Translations under genes and position numbers: made by a program
Assembly: GCF_023055435.1 (NCBI RefSeq)
Contig: NW_025964334.1
Coordinates: 57,846,001 to 57,910,000 of the forward strand
Direction: 5' to 3'
DNA from: Haliotis rufescens
Lineage: Eukaryota
DNA: 64,000 nt
In this document: one piece after another, positions 25,262 through 37,486 of the stretch
Numbering within the stretch: the first letter of the stretch is position 1
Layout of the letters: every line of letters begins with the position of its first letter
Notes under the pieces: model-generated
Databases searched by the model: none
What the model saw: the letters and a program-made list of their open reading frames with translations, nothing else
Told to the model about the DNA's origin: nothing

Positions 25262-28056
25262 TACTGTACAAAATATATGTATTTCACATTGGTAATTGAA
25301 TGTATACTAGTCGGCTGGTATTCTCGAGCCTCCAGCTGATATGGAAATGTTATTGACAGATTGACAATTGATATGGTCTGCAGTGTCTGTCTGGTAATAG
25401 AAAACAGACAACTTGTGATGAAGAAACATTTTCATGAGCATTACTCTAATTCTTGGACAAAGTAACATTAGTTTACTCAAAGAAGGGGAAGGTTCCTCCT
25501 CATGGCCATGCAATCTGCTAGTTCAATGCCTGGAGTAGTGCAAACCTAACCTTTACATAACATCGGTATCATAACTCTCATCAAAACATTTTCAAAATAT
25601 TTCCTTTTTGAATTGAGTGAATAGAGTTTTACGCCACTTTTAAGAATATCAGTGTCAAATGAATATTTCTAAATATCACGATGAAAATGGTAGTAACTTA
25701 GTGATCAAATACAAAATGCAGAGATATCAACTTATTACTCAGGGAACAGCAAACATGATATGAACAATACGTCTGGGATCCCAGGGGAATATGGATCTTC
25801 ATCGACAAGTTTGGCACTTTACTGGTTGGCTGGTGGGCCAATATCAGAGTGAGTGAGTGAGTGAGTGGTTTAATGCTGTTATATCACAGCATCATACCTT
25901 ACAGTCCATACATTTTACCAAGGCTGAAATCAAACCCAGGCCTTCAGAAATGACAAGCCAACGCTTCTACCACTACCACCCACCTTAATTCTTTCCAAGT
26001 AGTTATTCATTTTTGGTAAGTCCTTTCATCAGTATTTTTCAGTTTGCATCTGTGAAACTGGTAAGAAAGTAAGCTAGTGTCCCTTGTGTTTGTGGGATGA
26101 CATTCTGACCTGATAGTTATGTGGAGCTCAAGGAAATGGCAGACGTTTGCAGCATCAGCTTTATAAAAATTGTACTTTGTAGCAAATCCTATTTATTTAA
26201 TGTAAGAATGTAAGACCTAATTACATGATGTTGGTGAATTAGATAAAGTTGTGTTTGATCAACTCTTAACATGATTCAGTTGCGTAGGAGTTCTTCTTAC
26301 ATTTTTCTACACGAGGGCATTAGCAACCACTGACTTATCAGAATATTTCCACTGAAGACAGTGACTATCCATATTTACTCTACAAAACACTATCCTCTGA
26401 CTCATCACACATGCTACTCAACATCTGATACAGAAACTCAGCTACTCCATACTGTAACAAAGCCAAGAGAAAACATTTGACGAAAGAATAAAGTTAAAAA
26501 TAAATGCATCAGTTTTATAGAAATATTGAATACTGTTCAAATGACAATGTCTCCAAGAACCTTCAGTCTAACCCTGGAAAGAATGTCCCTATAAAGTGCT
26601 GAGTGGTATACACATTAAGGTAGAAATGTAACAAGACTTGAACATGCTTAAACTTTTCATACCTCTCTTTTCCAGCTCACTTCTACAAACCAACTGTTAT
26701 ATTTGTACTGTCCATAAAACACTGGTTCTGGTGAACTGGACATCAGTGCTATTTATGCATCAATCACTTAATCACAGCTAGTATATAGGTCACAGGTCCA
26801 TGAAGGTAACTGACAACCATCCAAGTTTTAATCAGGAAATATATTAGGAAACCGCAATGCATGCTGGTATAGCCACCTGGTACAGTCATGTAACCAATAG
26901 CAACATATGCTTGTCCACAGACAACAGACTTTAATACCTTTTGCAAGATATAATCCCTTAAAAAAATATGTCTCTTTCACCGTCTTAAATTAAAGCATTA
27001 TACAAAGAGATACTTTTGTATATTTCCATCATTTAAAACACTGCTTAGTTTCCTCATAATTCTACACAGGGAGATGTTGTCGACAGAACACACTGATATT
27101 GACTCAGTACCGTCTGTGCTCCATACATTTAGGAATTGCATGACAAAATTAAATATAGTATTTGAACTTACTTTCCAGCCTAAGGCCAGACATGTATGTT
27201 TATTTTTTGGGGCTACAGATTTTTGGCCCCAAAATTCAGGATGTAGGCAGAAAAACATATCACCCTTTTCTAATATGTTTCTTATTTCCTCAATGTGTTA
27301 AGTAGTTAACAAAAAAGTGGGAGTGGGTGTCATAGGGAAAGAAACAAGTTTAGAGTAACCTCCCTTCCATTCCAGACCCAAATCCGTCACAATATTCGTT
27401 GTTTTGAAGGTTAACGATAAATTTTCAACAGATTTTAATTATAGCATTTCAAAGTTTTTAATCATATGGAGGATGAGTTGTAGATGGAATAACCAAAAAT
27501 GCTTTTCATTTTTTAATTTATTTTCACATTTCAATTTTTTGGGAGTTGGCAGATTTGGAAACCAAGCTTAAAAAAAGTCTGGCCTTTAAAAGATCATGAC
27601 ACCTTCCCACAAAGTAACGTACTGCTAAAGCAAGAGTAATCCTATACTTTAGCACAGACCTACAGCAGTCGTAGCTCCGAGATAATGTGTGGAACGGGGT
27701 CAAGATTTGTGTCCATGAAGCTGACAATAACCCCATCTTAAAAACTCAATGCAGATCCAATATAAGATTAAAGCAAGCATGGTGAATATTCCAATTACAG
27801 TATGCAACTGGTTTCCCTTCTGGAATAACATGGTCCTAGTTTCTGGGGGTGTAACGATAGGGTGACACATCTCCATACTATGCCGTAGTCAAGACGCTCA
27901 CTTCAAGGCAGATACAACACAGTGAATGTGTTTAGTTTGTTCAGCCACAACACACAAGGCTATGTCCTCAAACATGAATACATCTCAATAATCATTAATA
28001 CACCATCATGGTGTATCGTGATATGTATTCTGTTGGAACTCTTATCATGATAAGTA

Positions 28057-28561
28057 CAATCTCATTCCAATCAGCTCCTAGTCCTCGCTACGGATAAGCA
28101 AAGATCTGAGGACATCCCTGACATCCATGTCAGAATGAACTTTCATCTGACCAATCAATGCGTCGCTTACCTGATCATGAAATTGACAGTCGGAATGTGA
28201 TTTCTGATCGTGCATAATCAAAAGATTTAACAAGGGGTATTCCGAACAACAGTTATGACTGAATCCATACAATCTAGGCCATGTATTAACCATTCCAGAA
28301 TGTTTGTTTGTTCCGTTTTCAAATTTTTAATTTTTTCATTGAGAATTTGTCAAAATATGTTTCAAATCATAGTTGCCAGTTTGAAACTAGTGCCATAAAG
28401 CACGAAAAAGCTGCCTTCTGATTGGCTAATGTGGACTTCTTGTCAGTCATTCCATTGGTCGATCAAAATTTGCGCAAGTTGGTCGACGTGACCCGTAATG
28501 GGATGTCCTCAGATCTTTGTTTAGCCGTAGCAAGAACTAAGATCTGATTTTAATGAGATTG
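28057..28561. mobile_element. Same MULE-like MITE family
   Basis: Degenerate TSD tgataagta / tgatatgtt. Confidence 0.85.
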
Positions 28562-29474
28562 TGATATGTTACGCATCACAGCCCTGCTCCACCACACTCT
28601 TGGTCCTGCAACTGTCCTATCTTTCAGTCTAACTCAAAGTGGCAAATACACAACATACATGTTCCTGGTGGCCTGGTACTGACCTATCAACCTTGCAACC
28701 AACAATGGTTTTCCGTGGCTCAGTGTTCGACAAATACGATCTCTACCACACAAATGACAGTAAACATAAAACAGGACTAGCAATGATAAAAGTTCTCGGA
28801 CAGGCTAGTGGACAAAATGAATTGCAAGCTCCTGATTAAGCTTCCTTTAACTGAATTAGGAGTACCCGGTAGAACCTTTTTCAATTTTGTAGGTATCTAG
28901 AGATTCAGGATGGTTTTACGCTGCCCTTAGCAATATTTATTTACATCGAGAAAGGGGACACAAGAAAAGGATTTAATACATTGTACTCAAGTGAGGAAGC
29001 AAACCAAGGCCTTTGGCATGATGAGCTAATACTTTAACCACTAGCCTAATCCACCACCCTTAGTTACCTAGTAGCCTAGGTAAGGATAAGATTTATGGAC
29101 CTGGTCCAGCTGGTAACATGACAAAATTGTGTTTGTCGAAACCCTGAATGAGATTTTTTATTCATGTCTCCCTCCTCAGTCATTAATATCAAGGACATTA
29201 ATCAGTCCATACCAACAGTTTTCCCAGGGATGTTGCATGTTATTTGGGCCAGGATCTGGTTGTGGAACCGGTCACTTTATCGTTACCCCCACACTCTATT
29301 TGTCTCTCCCCTCCCCATGAGAGCCAGGGTTATTTTGAGGTATATGCACCCACCGATAATGTGATCAGCCGGTCAACTGCACCGTCCGTGGACGTCTAGA
29401 TCAAATGTACAATATAATCTTACAAGTCTATGTACAACGATGATATCAAACAGTAGTGTCTCCAGCAGATCCCT

Positions 29475-29658
29475 TTATCTTTCACAGACGGATATTGTAA
29501 CATTAATTCCAAGGTTGCCATGGTCTGCGAACAGTTGTGCGATGTTGGTGTCAAACACCAGGCAGTCACTGCTCATGATTGCTGACTGGATGCCGTCGTG
29601 AATGCTTCGTGGAGTTGCCTCCCATGTCAGACGTCTCCGATGACCGTTTAGTTCTAGT
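29475..29658 (-). CDS. SIAH1: SIAH last coding exon ([20 protein letters not shown]...[13 protein letters not shown])
   Basis: Within ORF 29475..29669; ttgcag|A. The spliced CDS is 828 nt = 275 aa + stop. It is a single SIAH/sina homologue, so the SIAH1 vs SIAH2 label is nominal. Confidence 0.97.
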
Positions 29659-29778
29659 CTGCAAAACATTCAAACATATTAGTTTTTTAGATGTTGACCC
29701 TAGCACACATATGAAAGAAGTGCGGTTTTCCCGCCTTTAGCGAGTGCAGATGCACTGGGCACTTTTATCTGCACTGAG

Positions 29779-29922
29779 GTTTGTTTGTTGTTTACTGACG
29801 CACTCAACAATATTTCAGCTACGTGTAAATAATGGAGTCTGGACCAGACAAATCAGTGATTGACATGATGAGCAGCAATCTATGCAATTGGGATACGATG
29901 ACATGCTTCAGCCAAGTCACCA
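29779..29922 (-). mobile_element. Family B 3' half
   Basis: Homology to other copies. Confidence 0.75.
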
Positions 29923-30497
29923 GACAGTGAAGATAACTTCTGTTGCAAATCTAAGGATTTTTATAGTCTGACGACAGCAAAGGTACAGGATTATGGCAAT
30001 AATTTAATAGAGAAAGGACAGGGTTCATGCGTAATGTGTAATGTGTAATGTGTTATGTGTAAATGTTGAGAATGGACGCAGAAAAAGAATAACGTACAAT
30101 AATATTCATTTGACCTACAGCGCATCAAGAGCAGTTATGGGAGTCTGTCATTTCAGCGATGAAACATGGCCTTACTCTCCATCACCACTGATTCATTCCA
30201 GACTCTAAAGTAATTATCAAAATGTACAGTTCACAACATCATTTCAATAGGACCCTCATATTGCCTGCAAGGACCCTTCAAATTACTTGTTGAGGGTCCC
30301 CTGGACCCCCACTGTTACAAGTCAAGGTAAAACTCAGGAACAGTACTCGTAGGAATAATATTACTTCATCATGTTCATGAACAATGTTTCAAACAAGATG
30401 AAGAATCTTTGTTATTTTTGTTATTTCAATAACGATAGGCTTGGGGTCCCGACACCAAGAATGTGCTTCACAGAATGCATCCACGAGGTCAAATATA

Positions 30498-32469
30498 CTA
30501 CTGACAAGAAATAAAGGAACTGTAGTGATGATAAATGTCTGAAAAATTTATTTTTTGCGTGTAAATCGAACTCTGGTGTGTCTACCAAGCTGGGCGATAC
30601 ATGCACTACACCTTAATGGCAAATGTTTGATTAACCTGCGTATGGTTGCCCTTGGTATTGCCTGTCATTCCACCTCAGGAGCAACCACAAGCTGAGCCAT
30701 ATTGGCGGTTGCTGGGTCTCTGGCCTATACACTCTGCCCGAGAACATCCCACAGATGCTCTATTGGGGACATGTCAGGGGATTCCGCCCGAGAACATCCC
30801 ACAGATGCTCTATTAGGGACATGTCAGGGGATGCAGCCCGAGAACATCCCACAGATGCTCTATTGGGGACATGTCAGGGGACTCCGCCCGAGAACATCCC
30901 ACAGATGCTCTATTAGGGACATGTCAGGGGATGCAGCCCGAGAACATCCCACAGATGCTCTATTGGGGACATGTCAGGGGACTCCGCCCGAGAACAACCT
31001 CCAGATGCTCTATTAGGGACATGTCAGGGGACTCCGCCCGAGAACATCCCACAGAAGCTCTACTGGGGACATGTCAGGGGACTCCGCCCGAGAACATCCC
31101 ACAGATGCTCTATTAGGGACATGTCAGGGGACTCCGCCCGAGAACATCCCACAGATGCTCTATTAGGGACATGTCAGGGGACTCCGCCCGAGAACATCCC
31201 ACAGATGCTCTATTGGGGACATGTCAGGGGACTCCGCCCGAGAACATCCCACAGATGCTCTATTAGGGACATGTCAGGGGACTCCGCCCAAGAACATCCC
31301 ACAGATGCTCTTTTAGGGACATGTCAGGGGATGCAGCCCGAGAACATCCCACAGATGCTCTATTAGGGACATGTCAGGGGATGCAGCCCGAGAACATCCC
31401 ACAGATGCTCTATTGGGTACATGTCAGGGGATGCAGCCCGAGAACATCCCACAGATGCTCTATTGGGGACATGTCAGGGGACTCTGCCCGAGAACATCCC
31501 ACAGATGCTCTATTGGGGACATGTCAGGGGACTCCGCCCGAGAACATCCCACAGATGCTCTATTGGGGACATGTCAGGGGATGCAGCCCGAGAACATCCC
31601 ACAGATGCTCTATTGGGGACATGTCAGGGGATGCAGCTGTCAGGGGATGCAGCTGGCCAGTCTACTTCCATTCACAATAACCAATTCAGTTCGCCTGTCA
31701 TGTGTGATTTCGCCACACACCATGACACTAACGCCCCCACACCAATCAGGGTCAAGAATTGTTGCCCTGACATACCTCTCACCGCTTTGTCGCCAACAAC
31801 ATTTTCTGCCATCTGTGAATCAGAGGCAAAATGTTGATTCCCCTGTAAACATGGTGTAACGCCACTGGCTTACAGCCCGTCACAGGTTACCCTATGCTAA
31901 GCAGTTAGGGTCACACCCTTCACATGATGCCTGGCTTTCAGGCGGAGGACTGCATAGAGCCAGTTATTAATGGCAGATGTTGATATTTGCCTTCCTACAG
32001 AATTCTCTATTGATAACAGGAGCAATTTAAATCTACTGCGTAGTACAATTAATGTCATGAGACGATCTTGTCTAGGTGTCGTTTTTAAGCCCTGCCACAC
32101 CAGGTCTCATTGCAACCCAACCTGTTCTAAAAAAACTTCTTTTTTATTTGCCAAATAATCGGATAATTTGGGAAAGTGATGTCCCCTCCTCAATCGTACT
32201 AACAATAAGCCATTTTGTCTGTTCTTTGAGATACTGTCTCAGAGGCATCATAAGCGTGTGCTCAATTCAATTGCAGTATTGATTGTGGGTTCCCTATAGA
32301 CGCACACACTTTTTTTTCTGTGTGCACGTGCATCACGTGCTGTTCATGAATGACGTGAAATTTCATTGTGGTTAAATGTTGTGTTCAGATGCAATGCCAC
32401 GCTATTGTAAATGTACACCTCAACGATAGCTACATTCAAATCATTAGTTCCCCTTATTTTTGTCAGTAG
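30498..32469 (-). mobile_element. Decayed Tc1 (DD34E) transposon in the last SIAH intron
   Basis: TIRs CTACTGACAAGAAATAAAGGAACT / AGTTCCCCTTATTTTTGTCAGTAG. Minus-strand translation gives FTGESTFCL..DGR..WRQSGERY...GGVSVMVCG, SPDMSPIEHLWDVLG and IPRATIRRLI...RCSACI...HTR. Confidence 0.9.
30737..31637. repeat. 50-bp minisatellite, about 18 copies, inside the Tc1 relic
   Basis: Unit cccgagaacatcccacagatgctctatt(a/g)gggacatgtcaggggactccg, with a gatgcag variant. Confidence 0.97.
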
Positions 32470-32544
32470 CATGTTTTAGGTTTAACAGTTTTGATCAATC
32501 TCCCCTCTTTCATCAAGCTACAGAATGCTGGGTACCCATTCTAC

Positions 32545-32837
32545 TAGCGGTGAAACGATACAGCAAGGTCCTGATACGCATATTTACGTCAAATCGCATG
32601 GAAACTTCTTGACAATAAATATTTCAGAGCAGGTTCAAAAGGAAAAGCTAGCTGTAGGCATATGTGCGGAAGGGTTATTTTTAGTAGCGAACTTGAAATT
32701 CTAATAACTGGTGCTTTATCTGACAAGACAAAAACGTCAGGAGTCATAAAATGAGTAGTAAGTAATTTATTTTAGCAAGTGTACCGTCTTGTATCGATAC
32801 AAAGAAAAACATATCACCGATGTATCGTTTCACCCTA
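32545..32837. mobile_element. hAT-type MITE
   Basis: TIR TAG(C/G)GGTGAAACGATACA; 8-bp TSD cattctac / cattatac. Confidence 0.8.
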
Positions 32838-33054
32838 CATTATACCCCATGTCCCAAACTCATCGGTTCAAATTATCGTTCCATTTGAAGTCACTTGGGT
32901 TCCTGTTATTATTGGCAAAGTTTACATAAGTGACAAGTTGTAATGAAATTATGAATTTCAGAAATGAGCAACTAATTCTTGTGATAGAAAAGGTTTTGTG
33001 ACAATAAAGGGGTGGGCCATAGCAACATCGAAAGAACGCATGCACTACATCGAG

Positions 33055-33770
33055 GTATGGATCGCAATTCATGAATCATTATTGCAATATACCGTGGTAT
33101 GGATCGCAATTCATGAATCATTATTGCAATATATCGTGGTATGGATCGCAATTCATGAATCATTATTGCAATATATCGTGGTATGGATCGCAATTCATGA
33201 ATCATTATTGCAATATATCGTGGTATGGATCGCAATTCATGAATCATTATTGCAATGTATCATGGTATGGATCACAATTCATGAATCATTATTGCAATGT
33301 ATCGTGGTATGGATCGCAATTCATGAATCATTTTTGCAACATGTGGCATGGGTCGCAATTCATGAATCATTATTGCAATATATCGTGGTATGGATCACAA
33401 TTCATGAATCATTATTGCAATATATCATGGTATGGATCGCAATTCATGAATCATTATTGCAACATGTGGTATGGATCGCAATTCATGAATCATTATTGCA
33501 CTACATCGTGGTATGGATCACAATTCATGAATCATTATTGCAATATATCGTGGTATGGATCGCAATTCATGAATCATAATGGCAATATATTGTGGTACGG
33601 ATAGCAATTCATTAATCATTATTACAATATATTGTAGTCCGGATAGCAATTCATGAATCATTATTACAATATATTGTGGTATGGATAGCAAGTCATGAAT
33701 CATTATTACAATATATTGTAGTCCGGATAGCAATTCATAAATCATTATTGCAATATATTGTAATACGAAA
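33055..33770. repeat. 42-bp minisatellite, about 17 copies
   Basis: Unit gtatggatcgcaattcatgaatcattattgcaatatatcgtg. Confidence 0.97.
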
Positions 33771-33781
33771 TCATTACATAC

Positions 33782-33974
33782 CTGTATGCAAAGTTTTCAG
33801 CTTGTTTCCGTGTTCCTATTAACTGTACAATGGCATAAAACATCTGTAATCCATCATATTTTTCTTGTTTTTCCAGCACTAGCATAAAGTTCTGACCAAA
33901 GCATGACTGCATCATCACCCAGTCTACTGCCCCGGGCAGGTTGATGTCTGTAGCCAGGAACACAATATCTTCAC
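33782..33974 (-). CDS. SIAH1: SIAH exon 5 ([26 protein letters not shown]...AENFAYR), substrate-binding domain
   Basis: Within ORF 33745..34020; ttgcag|GT ... AG|gtatgt. Confidence 0.97.
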
Positions 33975-34136
33975 CTGCAACAAACACAGCATGCGTCAGC
34001 TGGTCATATTGGGCTGCCAAAAACTACATCACATGGTTTCGAATTTGAGAAACCTTTAACAATACTTGGCAGTTGTATATATTTAAGTGTGGATATGCAG
34101 ACTCATCGTGCCCTGTGGTTGCATACTGACTACTGA

Positions 34137-34836
34137 TCGTGTACTGACTCACCCTAAAGTGTTGTGTACTGACTCACCCTGTAGTGTTGTGTAATGCCTA
34201 CACTGGTGTACTCACTCACCCTATAGTACAGCGTACTGACTCACCCTGTAGTATGGTGCACTGACTGTACTATGGTATACTGACTCACCTTATAGTGTGG
34301 TGTACTGACTCACCCTGTAGCGTACTGACTCACCTTATAGTGTGGTGTACTGACTCACCCTGTAGTGTTGTGTGCTGACTCACCCTGTAGTGGGGTGCAC
34401 TGACTCACCCTGTAGTGGGGTGTACTGACACCATGTAGTGTGGCGCACTGACTCACCCTGTAGTGTGGTGTACTGGCTACAGTGGTGTACTGACTCACCC
34501 TGTAGTGTGGCGCACTGACTCACCCTGTAGTGTGGTGTACTGACTCACCCTCTGGTGTGGTGCACTGACTCACCCTCTGGTGTGGTGTACTGACTCACCC
34601 TGTAGTGGGGTGCACTGACTCACCCTGTAGTGTGGTGTACTGACTCACCCTCTGGTGTGGTGCACTGACTCACCCTGTAGTGTGGTGTACTGACTCACCT
34701 TCTGGTGTGGTGCACTGACTCACCTTCTGGTGTGGTGCACTGACTCACCCTGTAGTGTGGTGTACTGACTCACCCTGTAGTGTGGTGTACTGACTCACCC
34801 TCTGGTGTGGTGTACTGACTCACCCTGTAGTGTGGT
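34137..34836. repeat. 25-bp minisatellite overlapping the SIAH exon 4 donor
   Basis: Unit tgactcaccctgtagtgtggtgtac. Confidence 0.97.
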
Positions 34837-34930
34837 TATACTCTTGTGAGACTGCATGAGGTGAGGCATCACATTCTCCAGGGATCCCTGCCACTTGCAC
34901 GATGCTCCAGGACACGGACAGGTGTATGGC
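34824..34930 (-). CDS. SIAH1: SIAH exon 4 ([36 protein letters not shown]), zinc finger 2
   Basis: Hand translation; atgcag|G ... CAGG|gtgagt; phases match the neighbouring exons. Confidence 0.97.
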
Positions 34931-35220
34931 CTGCATCAACAACAACATGCTCACTACAACACAGCACTGGCTAACCCTGGTGTTCGCAGTGAAGGCGTCA
35001 AGGGGTAATTGAGGTTTGCTCCAGTAGTATTGGAGTCCTGGGACACATTCAGTCTTATCCTTTAACCCGACGGTCTATGACAAGGACCCCATGAATATCA
35101 TGCGTTATCTCAAACACCGCCAGTAACATTTTGAAACTGCCACAAGGGTTTTTGTTTTTTCATATTGTGCTACTGGACTTGCCAGTATAATCATGATAAT
35201 CACAGTGACTGTAATCACTA

Positions 35221-35455
35221 GAACCTGTGGGGTTCTGGGTAAGAATTTAGGTCCCCAGCAACCTATGAATGTCAAAAGTGGATCAGGAGGTCAGGTTTGC
35301 TGACTTGGCTGGTGTACGTCATCGTATTGCAATTGCATAGAATGATGTTCGTGATGTCCATCACAGGATTGTGTGGTTCTCATATGATTATTTACAGGCT
35401 GCCATAAAATAGCCGGAATATTGCTGAGTGTGGCATGAAACAACAAACAACAAAA
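35221..35455 (+). mobile_element. Family B, old degraded copy
   Basis: Tail ggaatattgctgagtgtggc...aaacaacaaac and a diverged body. Confidence 0.7.
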
Positions 35456-35585
35456 ACATAAGCACTGTGTGCAGAGTACCTACAATGACCAAGAATCCTT
35501 ATAGAGATAACCACAGCAGTTGAACATCCCCATTACCTGAATGTTTAGGACAAAAACACTTAAGAACCTAAGGTTTGTGACTGAC

Positions 35586-35718
35586 CTGAATTCACATGTT
35601 TCTTCATGGTCTGTCTTTTCTGTATGTAACAACGTCATCAAGCAGCCATTGTTGGAATACTTGCAGGGGAAATTCACTGTAGCTGCAACCTTCTCCATGG
35701 CTAGGTTCCTGATGTTTC
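35586..35718 (-). CDS. SIAH1: SIAH exon 3 (NIRNLAMEKVA...HEETCEFR), zinc finger 1
   Basis: Overlaps ORF 35480..35698; cccag|GA ... AG|gtcagt. Confidence 0.97.
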
Positions 35719-35796
35719 CTGGGAATACAGAGTGAGTGAGTGACTTGGGTTTAACACCACCTTGACCAGTATGTAAAGTGGCATTGAGTCGCTATA

Positions 35797-35936
35797 NNNN
35801 NNNNNNNNNNNNNNNNNNNNNNNNNNNNNNNNNNNNNNNNNNNNNNNNNNNNNNNNNNNNNNNNNNNNNNNNNNNNNNNNNNNNNNNNNNNNNNNNNNNN
35901 NNNNNNNNNNNNNNNNNNNNNNNNNNNNNNNNNNNN
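35797..35936. other. Assembly gap (140 N)
   Basis: Run of N. Confidence 0.99.
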
Positions 35937-36215
35937 GAGAGCATGCTCAAAGTGCTACATTATTACCCAGGTCAAAGGATCAGTGTGCACTCGATTTTCA
36001 TTCTCAGCTCCCTGGGGAATATACAACCCAAGCTTCCTGTGAGGCGCTATGAGGGTAACAGCCACATTACCATCTAATCCTACTGGGTACTCTCTCAATG
36101 CTGGGTGAACGGAGGCACATTTCGAACAAAGTCACTTGGCTTAGGAGACACTACATGTGCTAGCAATGCAAATTGTAGACAAATACCACTTTGGTGACTT
36201 CTACATCCAAGGTTA
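35937..36215 (-). mobile_element. Old SINE with Deu/Nin-like domain (second fragment at about 55685-55800, +)
   Basis: Motifs GTTCACCCAGC...GTACCCAG and TCCCCAGGGAGCTGAGAATG are typical of Deu/Nin SINEs. Confidence 0.6.
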
Positions 36216-36261
36216 TAGGGCTGACACAGCAAGGACCCTATCTGGTCGAATTCTGGAGTCA

Positions 36262-36605
36262 AGGTGAGGTGAAAAGCATTTAACGCCACGTTCAAAATTC
36301 TTGCACTTGTATAAAGATTTGCACGCACATGTGTGTGTGGCCACTTGTACTAGTCACAACTAAAGCAGGTTTATTAGTGCTAGCCCACTGAGATACCATG
36401 CCACAGTTTAACATGAATACCCCACTCAGACACAGTACACTGACTCCGAGCGGACCAGTCCTTGTTTTATCCCTTTAATGCTGAGAGCCAGGCAGGGTAA
36501 GAGGTACCATTTTTTACTCGCTTTTGGTATGACGTAGCTGAGGATCGAACCACTGAGCGTCGGCACTCCAGGTGGACACTATCCACTAGACCATGGAGGT
36601 GGTCA
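36262..36605 (-). mobile_element. SINE family A whose head seeds the 49-bp array
   Basis: Homology to other copies. Confidence 0.85.
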
Positions 36606-37486
36606 TTTGTGTCTCCAGGTGGACACTCTATCCACTAGACCATGGAGGTGGTCATTCGTGTCTCCAGGTGGACACTCTATCCACTAGACCTTGGAGGTGG
36701 TCATTTGTGTCTCCAGGTTGACACTATACTCTAGACCTTGAAGATGGTCTTTTGGGTCTCCAGGTGGACACTCTATCCACTAGACCATGGAGGTGGTCAT
36801 TTGTGTCTCCAGGTGGACACTCTATCCACTAGACCTTGGAGGTGGTCATTTATGTCTCCAGGTGGACACTCTATCCACTAAACCTTGGAGGTGGTCATTT
36901 GTGTCTCCAGGTGGACACTCTATCCACTAGACCATGGAGGTGGTCATTTGTGTCTCCAGGTGGACACTCTATCCACTAGACCTTGGAGGTGGTCATTTGT
37001 GTCTCCAGGTTGACACTATACTCTAGACCTTGAAGATGGTCTTTTGGGTCTCCAGGTGGACACTCTATCCACTAGACCATGGAGGTGGTCTTTTGGGTCT
37101 CCAGGTGGACACTCTATCCTCTAGACCATGGAGGTGGTCATTTGTGTCTCCAGGTGGACACTCTATCCACTAGACCTTGGAGGTGGTCATTTGTGTCTCC
37201 AGGTGGACACTCTATCCACTAGACCATGGAGGTGGTCATTTGTGTCTCCAGGTGGACACTCTATCCACTAGACCATGGAGGTGGTCATTTGTGTCTCCAG
37301 GTGGACACTGTATCCACTAGACCATGGAGGTGGTAATTTGTGTCTCCAGGTGGACACTCTGTCCACTAGACCATGGAGGTGGTCATTTGTGTCTCCAGGT
37401 TGACACTCTATCCACTAGACCATGGAGGTGGTCATTTGTGTCTCCAGGTGGACACTCTATCCACTAGACCATGGAGGTGGTCATTT
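36567..37486. repeat. 49-bp minisatellite, about 19 copies, derived from a SINE head
   Basis: Unit ctccaggtggacactctatccactagaccatggaggtggtcatttgtgt. Confidence 0.97.

Noticed and set aside
30702-31859. Plus-strand ORFs of 81-162 aa (MSGDSAREHPTD...)
   Set aside because: Translations of the 50-bp minisatellite, antisense to the Tc1 relic.
32972-33745. Repetitive ORFs up to 193 aa
   Set aside because: Products of the 42-bp array inside a SIAH intron.
30737-37486. CRISPR-like regular repeats
   Set aside because: No unique spacers, no cas genes, eukaryotic context.
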